A DNA stretch of 64,000 nucleotides from Psammoneis japonica (lineage: Eukaryota), in assembly GCA_008632985.1 (NCBI GenBank), contig QPGO01000048.1, forward strand, positions 310,001 to 374,000. Direction: 5' to 3'. Positions 50,709 to 61,600 of the stretch are shown here, in pieces. The notes under the pieces were generated by a model, which worked only from the letters and a program-made list of their open reading frames with translations, was not told where the DNA came from and made no database searches. Numbering within the stretch: the stretch's first letter is position 1; each line of letters starts with the position of its first letter. A program made the position numbers and the translations under genes.

Positions 50709-51026
50709 CTACGAATTGCTGAACAATTGCGCGATACACGTGCCCGAAGGGTGATTGTTGCTTCGGGCACGAAATTCGAGCTTCGCGCACGTAGAGTCCG
50801 TAGAAAATATACCAGCATTCGAGAATGTCCGATTTGTGTAGATCACGTAGCACAGTACCACAGAGGTCATTGATGAAATTACTGCAACGACTCATGCGAC
50901 TACAATGAGATTTTCAATACCATATACTATGTAGAATGGACATCTGCGCGAAGGAAGAATGTTGCTTCGGGCAACGATATTCGACCTTCGGGCACGTGTA
51001 TCGCGCAATTGTTTTGCAATTTGTAG
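50709..51026. mobile_element. 318-bp MITE with ~42-bp TIRs and TA target duplication (Tc1/mariner type)
   Basis: TA|CTACGAATTGC...TGCCCGAAGG (to 50750) and CCTTCGGGCA...GCAATTTGTAG|TA (from 50985). Confidence 0.85.
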
Positions 51027-51589
51027 TACTGTACTCTCTCCATCGTGAGTTTGTGTGCGAAGCGCGCTCGGTGTACGGTCGACGCATAGACTCACGATGG
51101 AGAGTGACGTACCGCCCGGTAGTAGGCGTGCAGGCCTCTACTAACTTTAGTCGGGGATAAAATGTCCGAAATTTATGAACATTCTATAGCTTTGAACATC
51201 CCATAAATGTTAGCTTTCTATGTGTTTTGGCGGGAACCGTGTACTAGAGAGTAGGGCCCTCCCCTCCAGAAAAATGCGACCTCTCTCGAATCCGTTGACC
51301 ATGCATAATGTATCACAAAGAATTTTGAATTTCCCGATTCAAATAACACTTAGAACTTCCCTCCATTTTTCCTTTCCGTTGGCGAAAACGTTCTCGACTC
51401 CACCCAGTCTTCAGTCTTGTCGAGCCCCTCAAGTCTGTGGAGCGCAGCGCGTCGCGACATCGCGAGCCTTTTTTCGGAATTAGTAGAAAGTGTGCTGCAA
51501 TCTACACGGGAGTGTCTCGCTCAGAGTTCATTCTCCCCAGAAAAAAAGCTCATTTTTCTTCGATTGTGAAGACGAACAGCTCCATCACC

Positions 51590-52372
51590 ATGCCACTCAG
51601 TGACTGGATCACCTTTAAGAACCGCGTTGGTGCCAACCGCCAGGCTGCCAAGAAGCACAAGAACGAGGCCAAAAAGATCGGCTTTGAACTGTCCTTTTTT
51701 CTTCGCAAACCCAAAGCGAAGCGCCGCAAACTGCTTGCCTCGGGGATGAAGAGGGTGGCACGACTCACGAACTCCTTGAAGGACGACGAAGAAACCATCA
51801 AGACTCAAGAGGACAGGGTTGACAGCATCGACCAGGAGATCTTCAGGCACGAGGCTGCCGCAGCCGAAGCTCGAGCGGAGAAGGAGGCGGCGTTGGCGTT
51901 GATTGCAGAGACCAAGAGCCGCATGCAGACAGATGAGAACGAGTTGAAGCATTTGGAACCGAAGGTTCAACTCATGAAGGATGTCGTCAACAAACAGAAC
52001 GACATGCACTCCCTAGCCGATCTCACTACATACGACGAAGTCCAGAATCATGTGGGCCTCAAGTCACTCTCAGATGTCCAGAAGAGGGCCAGCAAACCAG
52101 AGCAAGTAGACGTGCTACTTCAAGATCTCATCGCTCAAGGATTGGAGGCTTTCGTTTTGCACAAACTTGGCGACATCAAGACTGGCCACGATGATCAAAC
52201 CGTGGAACAGCGTCAGATGTACATTTGCACGCTACTTGGCATCGAGATTTTCACCAAAGAGCAAGAAGAGGAGCGCGAGCTCAAAGACGATGCAGAGTAT
52301 CTCTTTAAAAGCCCGGAGCCCAAGGATGAAATCGAAGAAGGTCCTCCGGCCAAGAAGCCCAAGTTGAACTAG
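51590..52372 (+). CDS. Unknown intronless coiled-coil protein (260 aa) with C-terminal NLS-like PPAKKPK
   Basis: Clean ORF with gene-like codon use and a good ATG context (CACCATG). Confidence 0.7.
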   Translation: MPLSDWITFKNRVGANRQAAKKHKNEAKKIGFELSFFLRKPKAKRRKLLASGMKRVARLTNSLKDDEETIKTQEDRVDSIDQEIFRHEAAAAEARAEKEAALALIAETKSRMQTDENELKHLEPKVQLMKDVVNKQNDMHSLADLTTYDEVQNHVGLKSLSDVQKRASKPEQVDVLLQDLIAQGLEAFVLHKLGDIKTGHDDQTVEQRQMYICTLLGIEIFTKEQEEERELKDDAEYLFKSPEPKDEIEEGPPAKKPKLN

Positions 52373-52833
52373 TTTCCTGAGCTTCATGCGTGTGTGATAC
52401 GAAACAAATGCTGGTTTTGTCCTCTGCGGCATGGTTGTAGCTCCATGGCAACCTTCGAAGAAGGAGATCCTTCGAGTACCGTAGAGCGACAGTAAAATGA
52501 AACTATAGGAATGTGTCTGTGATTCTAATATTCTTATACTTGCTAGGCTAAAGTCGATATGATGGAACCAACAGTGTGCTCTTAGTTGAACTACTTACAT
52601 TAGCAGATACCGAAAGTATAGGTTTGCCATTGAGTGTCTGAATAAACAAAATAGGGGAGTACCTTCTGGATTTCTAGAAGAATGGGGTCTTGAAAGATTC
52701 TCGAGCACCTATAATGCCAGTGCAGCCCCCTAGCTAGGACTCCGACGGAAACTGCTACACCTGGTTGTAGGATGCATACACAGGCCTGCTCTAGTATATT
52801 GCTCGAGATTAGTTGAATGCTTTCATCTCTCCA

Positions 52834-53330
52834 TCCAGCCCCTCCTCCAAATGTACTATCAACGAAAGCACCGGCTCCAGCGCAGTCCCCTATGACTCCG
52901 GCGGAAACTGCTGCACTTTGTGGTACGATGCATCAACAGACCTGCTTTAGTATAACTCTCCAATCATTCTCGGGTGCGTTTCCTCGACAATGAACAGTCC
53001 TACCGGTACGGCTTTGCTCGGATCGCTTAGCTCGGCGGGTGAACTAGCATCCGATAGAGTATTTTCTCGTGGAAGGAAGAGGCAGCCTCCGAGTGTGTGT
53101 GGCCGAATCGAATCTAGCTTCTCCGAGGAATGTGCCGTAGGAAAATTGCAAAGGTCAGCTGAAACGCAGAGAAATTGCACGACCGTATGACGTGATAGTA
53201 GGTATCCAGCGTCCCATCAGTAAGTCTTGACCGAGTACACAGTTGGTGAATGATAGTCTTCAAGCTGAGCTACGTGTTGTGCCACTGACGAGGAGTATAG
53301 TCGTCTGTCGCTTTAAGAATGGAAAGGCCG
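52834..53330. repeat. Diverged direct repeat, copy 1 (copy 2 at ~55597-56030)
   Basis: Both copies begin ATCCAGCCCCTCCTCCAAATGTA and align for over 400 bp with indels. Confidence 0.9.
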
Positions 53331-53435
53331 TGCTCGAAGTTCTACAGATATGAAAGAGCACTTGAGAAAAATGGTCAACATGACGAGTGCAAATACCAAA
53401 AACCATCTAGCGTGTCTCCACTCATACTACTCACA

Positions 53436-53750
53436 TCAGCGCCCTGTCGTCCAACGCATTCCTGAAAGACAGCACTCGCCGCTCGGCAACGATTGATTTC
53501 AGCGAGCACCTACACACCACGAGTCGACGCCACGCTCTTCATCAATCTCACCGTTATCGCTTTTACAACGACGGACACCACCTTTTGTAATCAATTAGGC
53601 AGGAGAAGTTCCCGTCTTGCCAATCCAGCCAGAGTAAGACAAGCCCCTTGCCAAGCCCCGTGCTTTTGTGGATATTCAAACTTCATCAACAAGGCGTCCA
53701 AGATATCATCGGCACAATCCGACGGAAATCTCTCTGTGATTTTTCGCTCT
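53436..53750 (-). pseudogene. TBCD: Tubulin-folding cofactor D (TBCD) gene fragments
   Basis: 'KITERFP..CADDILDALL..F.....GAWQGACLTLAGLARRELLLP' and 'EINRCRAASAVFQECVGRQG', with stops and an internal deletion. Confidence 0.75.
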
Positions 53751-55219
53751 ATCCTTAGCTTCTGACCATCAAATATTAACGGTAGCAGCGCGTCCATCAA
53801 AGGATGTCACCTTCTTATTCTACGGGATCAATCATTCCCATAAAATAGGCATCGCCTTGGTCGTCGTCCTGAGCCACTTGACTCGTTGTAGTGAGCTTTT
53901 CTTTTATGGTGGTGGCGCTGTCATGGAGGTGCCACTGTTAGACAACGTTGCTCCTGTAGCGTCAACTGCAAGGCTCAACATCGCGCCCAAACAGAGCGTC
54001 GACAGTAGCAAGCGACATGTGTGTAGGGCACTCGAGATATTTGTCTAATATTCGTTCGGAGTTGCGAAACACAGCGTCTAAAAATCAGGCTACATGGACG
54101 CTATTGCCGCGAAGAAATGATATAGTAGCGATATCGGTGCGGAGTGCGGAGAATAACGCTTTCTATCTGCGCTCTGACAATGTGGGGGATTGCGTCTTTG
54201 GCGCGCATTCTGTTGACCTTTGGGTCATCGGATGGTGGCTTCAGTGCATGCAGTGTCCCTTCATAATTCTCGTTGTTTTTTTGTTTTTTGTTTTGAAAAG
54301 GCTTCTTTCCAACTGGCAACAATTTGTGCCATACCCTGTACTTTAGATTTAAAAAAAAAAGATGCTGCGTGAGAGAATATCACGCTCAAACCAATGAAAT
54401 ATCAACAAAGAGATCGACTTACCGTACCAGCGAGGGCGGTTTCCAGGGCTACTCTAGAGTGCAGGACTGTATTCAATGCATGACGGAGTGGGATAATCCA
54501 CGAAAAAAAGCCAAAGCAGAGTGGACCTTGCGAGGTAATAGACACGACGATTTGCCGACGGGCTTAACATTTCGCGGCCGACAAAGCCTTTGAATGTTCA
54601 CTGGCCATGTTGTCCTTACGCGAGCTGTCCTCGTTGTCCGAGTCCTCCCATCTGTCGGAAAGGGGCGGTGGCATGGCGTCATCGCCGCCATCTGTGGTCA
54701 AAAGACTGTTGTTCATGATGGAAAGCTTTACGATAATGATCCTTTGAGGCAGATCATCTTAAAGAAATTTGTCATCGTTTTTACCATCCTCCTCCTCTGG
54801 CTTGTCAAACTCTTCTGAAGTGTACGAATGGTCATCCTCGAAACTGCCGACGTTTCTGCTATTCGCGGTGGCTCCTTTCAAAGCTGATTCCATCTGTCAC
54901 ATCCAACAACACTCTGTTCGGTCTCGCTATTGTACTTGGTAACAACATATGTAGTCTCGGCATTCTTCAATCATTTGTCTGTTAGTTGTAGCGCCGGTAG
55001 GAGGGTAGTCTTCAACAACAGCAGAGGGTGTCTTGAGAGTGGGAACGGGCGGTGGTGATTGAAAGAAACTAGCAATCGGTAGAGTCGATAGTTCGGTCAT
55101 TTCGGATACCTTTGAGTTCTCGACCGTAGGCGTTTCGGCAGCTTTTCCTTTCGGTAGAGTTATCGCCGTGGTCTTGGTAGCAGTCTTGTATTTTCTCGTG
55201 ACGCCAGCCATTCCTCTAG

Positions 55220-56030
55220 CCCTGCTCCGGCGGAAACTGAGGCACTTGGTGGTACTTCGCCCCCCTTAACATCATAAAGTGCGTTTAAAGGATATCATAT
55301 GGTCGCTCTGATCTCTCCATCCCCTGCTCCTCCAACTGTGTTATCACGAAAGCACCGAAATTAATGCCAGCGCCGTCCCTGTTAATACATTTGGTGGTAC
55401 GATGCCCTCTTTGACGACACCATAAGCCCATCTCAAGGAGATCACTAGGACGATCCGATTTCTCTATCCCCTACTCCAACTAAGCTGTCAACAGAAGCAA
55501 TCGACTTTGACTCCGGCGCCGTCGTATTGATACACTTGGTGGTACGATGCCCTCTTTGACCACACCATCAAGTCCATCAGAATGAGATCAGTTGGAATCC
55601 AGCCCCTCCTCCAAATGTAATATCAATGAAAGCACCGGCTTTAGCGTCAGTGCAGTCCCCTACGACTCCGACAGAAACTGCTACACTTGGTGGTACGATG
55701 CATCGACAGACCTTCTTTAGTATAACGCTCCAACCGCAATTCTCGTGTGTGTTTCCTCCTAAATGAACAGCCCTACCGGTACGGGTTTGCTCGGATCACT
55801 TAGCTCGCGCCTCGCGGCCGAATCGACTCTAGCTTCTCCGCGAGCTGGAAATGAATAAGCCGTAGGAAAATTGCAAAGTTCGGCGAACTAGTGCGTATCC
55901 AGCTTCCAGCGTCCCAGCGGTAAATCTTGACGGAGTACACAGGTGTTGAATGATAGTCTTCAAGCTGAGCGCCTGTTGTGCCACTGACGAGGAGAATAGT
56001 CGTCTGCCGCGGTAAGAATGGAAATGCCGC
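55220..56030. repeat. ~150-bp diverged tandem units (x4) running into direct-repeat copy 2
   Basis: CACTTGGTGGTAC-like anchor at ~55242, 55388, 55533 and 55684, and also at ~52757 and 52913. Confidence 0.75.
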
Positions 56031-58064
56031 CAAGACAAGAGGCAACAACAGAATCACCGTAGTCTTGGCCATCTATGTCGTGCTGCCAATCTCCTTGTTG
56101 GGTGGAGGTGTGACAGAACGTGAGGAGGGGTCCGTTTTGGATTCGATTGGCGCGCAGCATGATCTATGTTGCTCAACGCCGTCATTTTCGCTCGGAGCTG
56201 TTTCTTTTGCTCGATCAGTCGATCAAACTCTTCGTGTCTTTCTTGTAATCTTCCCTCTGCCAACACTGTGCTTTTTGGTGACGAACGTGAAAGTGGCGAT
56301 TGACAAATCACCGGACGACGGTCAGCACACGGCAGAGAATTTCAGTCCGTTCGCAGATGAAACCATTGTCATTCACTTGATGAAAGGGACTAAAGCATAT
56401 GCTATCTGGATGCTACTGAGCACAAAAACCAACGTCCGCATTTTGAAAAGAGAGGATAGCAGTTCGCCGACAGGCAGCTATTAAAATGGGTCGAGGTCAA
56501 TCCGAAAAAATAAATCCAAAATGAATTTCCAAAATCGGATCGAAGTTCAAGTTGTGACGTAAGCATATGTCCTACGTCAGCAGTTACAGTAGTTGACCAG
56601 GAACACTCACGAAAATGTCTCCAACAAGGACAAATGCGACATTTCGTATTGTCATACGACAATTAGGTACTGTACATTAATGCGGTCTTTTTTGTTCATT
56701 GGATGACTTCGTTAAATGATCATTTTTTGCCAGTTTTTTTTCACATTTTGACAACATCGCCAAAATCGCCAATGGCATTAAGTTATTTAGGGATATATGC
56801 GATTCACATGTGTGAATTTTTGGCGAAGCTAGACAAAGTGAGACAAAGTTGGCGATTGGCGATCAATCCAACGGCCAATCCAACGCATCGAAAGCAAGAA
56901 ATTCGGACATTTCACTTGTGTCGACCGCAGTGCAAAGTGCAAAGTGCGAAAAACAAATGTGTGCCACTGCGTGTCGGCAACTGGCAATGCAAGTTGCTCT
57001 TGTGCCAGCTTTGGCAACAATGCTGCCGGCATCAGCAATGCTGCTGGCACTTCTGCTGCAGCACAATGCTGCTGGCACCACTGCTGGTGTCGACACAGCT
57101 CTGACACTGGCTGATGTCATCGACAGTTTCCTGCCTGGCTCAGCGAGCCACCACTGCACTGCAGCAGGAGTCATGGTCGCCCCGCTTGCTTGTCATGAAG
57201 TTGGCCGGGGTGGGGCCAGTTGGTCGTGCATGTTTGGGTTCGATGCAGCCGTGCAACCAGCCATGCCTTGCAGGCAGAGCTGTGATGTTGATTGCACCAT
57301 GTGATTTTTTCGGACATGAGAAGAGTGCGCTCTTTAGATGCTTCATCTTCAGAGCAATGAACACATCTCCTTCATCATCCGACACTTGAGCAAGGATGTC
57401 ACGGAGCGGGTCACGGAGTTGCTCACCAAAGGATTTTCCCGACCCCTCCTCCCCGCCCCCACTCCTCACAGCCAGATGCAGTCTCAGTGCATTGTGCACT
57501 CAGACTTGTCATGTCCTGAAGATTGCAAACGACATCATCATCACCCAACCTTTTCAGATTTGAATGAAAACATGAATCGCATCAAACATGCAAGATTTGT
57601 CTTTGCTTGAATGCGTGTTTTGTCAAAACACAGCAGCGCGCAGTTGGGAGCGCAGCACCAGTGCTCACATCAGGAGCACAGGCGCTTGCACAGCATCGCA
57701 GTGAGCAACGTGCACTTTGCTGCATGCTGGAAACGGCCGTTTCTCCCACCACAAACAAACAAACATCGTCAACATGGAGCACCTCCAACAATGGCCATTG
57801 CCGCTGAAAATGAGCACTGTCGATGTTGTGTTGATGCCATTGGACCTGCTGTTGTCAACACAAAAACTGGCTCACAATGAAAACAAATGAGAATGTTCTC
57901 TTGAGCCGAAATGTGTTTCTTCATTCTCACATTGTTCTCAGTGAGTGAATCAAATTGCTCCACTGCATTTGACGGAATCCATTGATTCAATGCATTTTTT
58001 GGTTTGCTCAACTTCTTGTTCTCCTTTGATCTTTGTCCACATTTCCACAGGAAAATGTCGCATC

Positions 58065-58250
58065 ATGCTGGGCAGCTCAAGTTGACACCACTTCAAACGG
58101 GGCGGTTCAAGCGGATGCCAAATCATACGAGGCCACTCAAGCGGATGCCAACACCTTGCTGGGCAGCTCAAGTGGACACCTGCACCTCACTGGGTGACTC
58201 CAGCAGATGCCAACACCTTGCTGGGTGACTCAAGCAGATGCCAACATTGA
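58065..58250. repeat. 30-31 bp tandem repeat x6
   Basis: CTCAAG-like anchors at ~58076, 58106, 58136, 58167, 58198 and 58229. Confidence 0.8.
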
Positions 58251-58619
58251 ATGTTGTGTGGAGTGGTCCAAGGGTGAGGAGCATTTTTCATTTTAAAATC
58301 TGCAATCTGCCACTTTTGGGAAAGTCCCGACACAAAGGGCAGACGAGGTTGCTTTCGTCTCTGACAATTGCGAGCAACTGTGCCGAGTTGGCTGACTGCA
58401 GCGGCGCCTCGGCAATTTTTTTCTGCAAGACGGCCTGCGAGAGCCAAGGGGTTGCTCCCCGGCGAGACAGAGAGTGGCACCTCCAAGGAAGGGGGTGCCA
58501 CTCGACGTGCCATGACCCGAATCTCAGTTGGATGGGGTTTGCCTGCCCTGAAAGGTGGTGATTGGTTGTTTTCAAGGAATGCAGCAGGATGGAAGGACAA
58601 AACAGCTGGATTCAATTGA

Positions 58620-61600
58620 TCTGCAGCACAGAATGGTTGTCGAAAAGCTTGGATGGTCATGCGGAGTAGGACGTCTAGACGCCTCTCCTCCTGCGGACGC
58701 TTGTCCATTTTCTTGTGCTTGCACACCTTCTTGCAAAGTCGATCTTGCGCAATGCCATCGACTGATCCAATGTCTGAAAGGCTTTGGGCACGGGAAAAAG
58801 CAGTGCAGGTCAAACCATGCTCCTTCTCGCGGTTGGACAAATCGACGACAAAATGGGACTTGATGGTTTGGCCTTGAGCTTTCCACCAAACAGTCATCGC
58901 CCAGCAAAGCTTCAAGGGCAACACAGCACGAGCATGTTCACACAGCCCGCATCATCTCGCTTTTGAGTGCACATGGCTGCAGTCACAGGGTGAATTGGTG
59001 CCCAACCTTGGTGACTGTCATCGTCAGGAAAAAACGATCCTCCACCGCAGTCTCTGCCAAAGTCAACCCACACAAACTTTGGAAGAGATGGAGCCAAGCC
59101 TGATTCGTCACACACAATGTCCTTTGCTGTCCCAGTTGCTCCATTGCACAATCCCGCCAACTGAGCAACATTCATGGCAAGCATTGCTTGTGCTCCGACG
59201 CTGAGGTGCGCCGAATTCTCCAAGCCTCGAAAGGAATCGGCCGTCTTTTTCTTGCCATCACCAGCATTTTTAGCTCGCACCAGAGCAATGGGCTTGCCAA
59301 GCGTCTTAAGATTCTTGTTGTTGAATTCTTCCACTTCAGAATTGGTCGTGAACAGATGCGGCGTTCCATCATTTTCAAACCCCGACTCATGCCATTTGTA
59401 AAGACCCATGGAATGTCGTGAGCACGTGCGTCGCAGCTTGACCCAGTCCGCTTCTGTGCAATTTCCATCATGAAGACGCTCTGGGAAGCCACAGAACCAA
59501 ACTGATTTGGGATCGTTGGGGTCGATGCGATTGTTTTTTGTCAGCTTGATGACCGTGTTGAACATTTGGCAGAGATTGCCTCTGTTTCGATCATCATTGC
59601 TTGCAAACCCAGTCGCTTCCCACAAACAACGTCCTCCTGCTGGTGGCAACTGTCCAGGATCACCAGCCAATGCCACAACGACTCCGCCAAATGGTTCGTT
59701 GACACCTTTGATTTCACACAATCTCCGGTCGATGTGATGAAGCTCTCTTTGACGCAGCATCGAGAACTCATCAAGATTCAAAAGCTTGAGATTTGCAAAC
59801 TTGTCTTGAGCTTCAGCAAGATTTTTGTTCGTGAGAGGACGACAACGTCTGCCAGAGAGGGGCATTCCCAGTCCTTCTTGGTGAGAGTGAACCGCAGATC
59901 CACCAATGACCATCGCAGCCTTGCCTGTTGCAGCCACAAGAGCACAGCTGCTTGTCGGAAGTCCACGGTCCTGGAGAGTGGCAGCAACAGCATCAACAGC
60001 AAATGATTTTCCTGCACCTCCCATCCCAACAAGGAGAGTGCACTGTCCCTCACTCTCTCCAACAACAGCACTTGCAATTGCATCGTGAGCTGGACGTTGT
60101 CGTTCATTGAGCGAGTTGAAAGAAACTTGACTCCTTGCAGCTTGATCGACGGGGTTAGACATGAGATGATCACACTTTCGCTCCACTTCCTCGTCCCATC
60201 CATCACATTCCGGACAGTCATGCTCGAGTTCTGAAAAATCATGATCCTCTGACCATTTGAGATTGCTTCCAGAGAAAGAGCTGACGCATCGTCCATCTGC
60301 GTGGCATGCCCCACATCCATCCAAGAGTCTTGGCTTGCATCCGTTGAACCAGATTCCGAGTCGTCACCCATTGGCGCGTCAACGTCATCATTCACGCCGT
60401 TCCTGTTGGGCAAGCGCAAGCTCGATTCAATCTCGCGTTGAAGGAAACCAGGAATTTGTCAACCTTGTCGCGTCAGAAATGGAGCATGCTGGCTCCAAGC
60501 ACGGATGACATCGTCATTGGATGCGTTGGCGCCACCCCAAGCAGATTCAAATGTGCCACTCCATGGTTGATGCTTGGTCAATGAGTGCTTGCAGTGCTTG
60601 ACAAAGTTGGGACCTCCAGGAGAACTTGGGACTCGAGGTGCAAAAATGGCCACCGTGTTGGGTTTCTGGTGGCAGCAGATTTTCTTCTTGTGCTTTCCCG
60701 ACTTGCCAACATAGAATCTAGCGGCAAATTCTTGTAGAGTGAGGTCTCTAAGTCCTGGCTCAAAGGCTGCAAAAACTGAACAATCGGCCCAGGCTTCTTG
60801 GTTGAGGCGTGTGGCGCATGCATCAACGACCGTCGGCATTGCAGCAGAATCCGCTCCTGCATCGGCGCCAACGTCTCCATCAGAAGGATCACCCAACTCC
60901 TCCAGGTCAACTTGCCCAGTGGCATTTTCGAGATTGACAGTGACAAAGGTGTGGGAGCAAGAGACAAGAGGCAAACTTAAAATGAGATGGCGCGTCTCCT
61001 GTTTGGAAACCATTCGCTCGCCTGTTCAGGGCAACCATTTTGATTCATTCAAAGAACGAACAATGCACTGTGAGTGGAAATGTAAAGTCACACAAGGATC
61101 AAATCAAAACTAGACGCACCCAAAAGCTTGGCCATTGCACTCTTCAACGCTGCCTGTGCACTGCATCCATCATCGATTTTCTGCTCCACTGTTTTGTGAA
61201 CCATCGCGGTCATTCGCATGGACGGCATGCTGGATTCAGACTTGAAGACATGCTTGGTCATGTGCTCAACGACCTTGCCGGCATCTGCAACAAGTCGGAA
61301 ATCAACATTGGCTCTCCAAACCTTGAACATTGGGATGCAATGACTGTTGATCCACTTGTCATTGCGTGCCGACACCATTTCCATTCTTGAGACTTTTCGG
61401 GTCTCTCCAGCTTTGTTCTTGACAAGCTCCTCTACAACAACCAGACGAGAAATTCTTGAAAGCTGCAAAGGACATCCAAAGCAACAGTCCAAAATGTGTT
61501 CATCTGCTTTTGCCTTGTCGCACTTGGACTTGTTGCGGTCACAGCAGCCGCTGGGCTTGCATGCACGCCGTTCCACCGCGTTGCATGGATTGCAGCAGTT

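Noticed and set aside
52834..56030. Direct repeats as LTRs of a retrotransposon
   Set aside because: No TG..CA ends, PBS/PPT or gag-pol remnants seen.
56800..56885. CTAG at 56829-56832 with nearby weak hairpins as the Helitron 3' terminus
   Set aside because: The hairpin is imperfect and its spacing unconvincing, so the end cannot be fixed without other copies.
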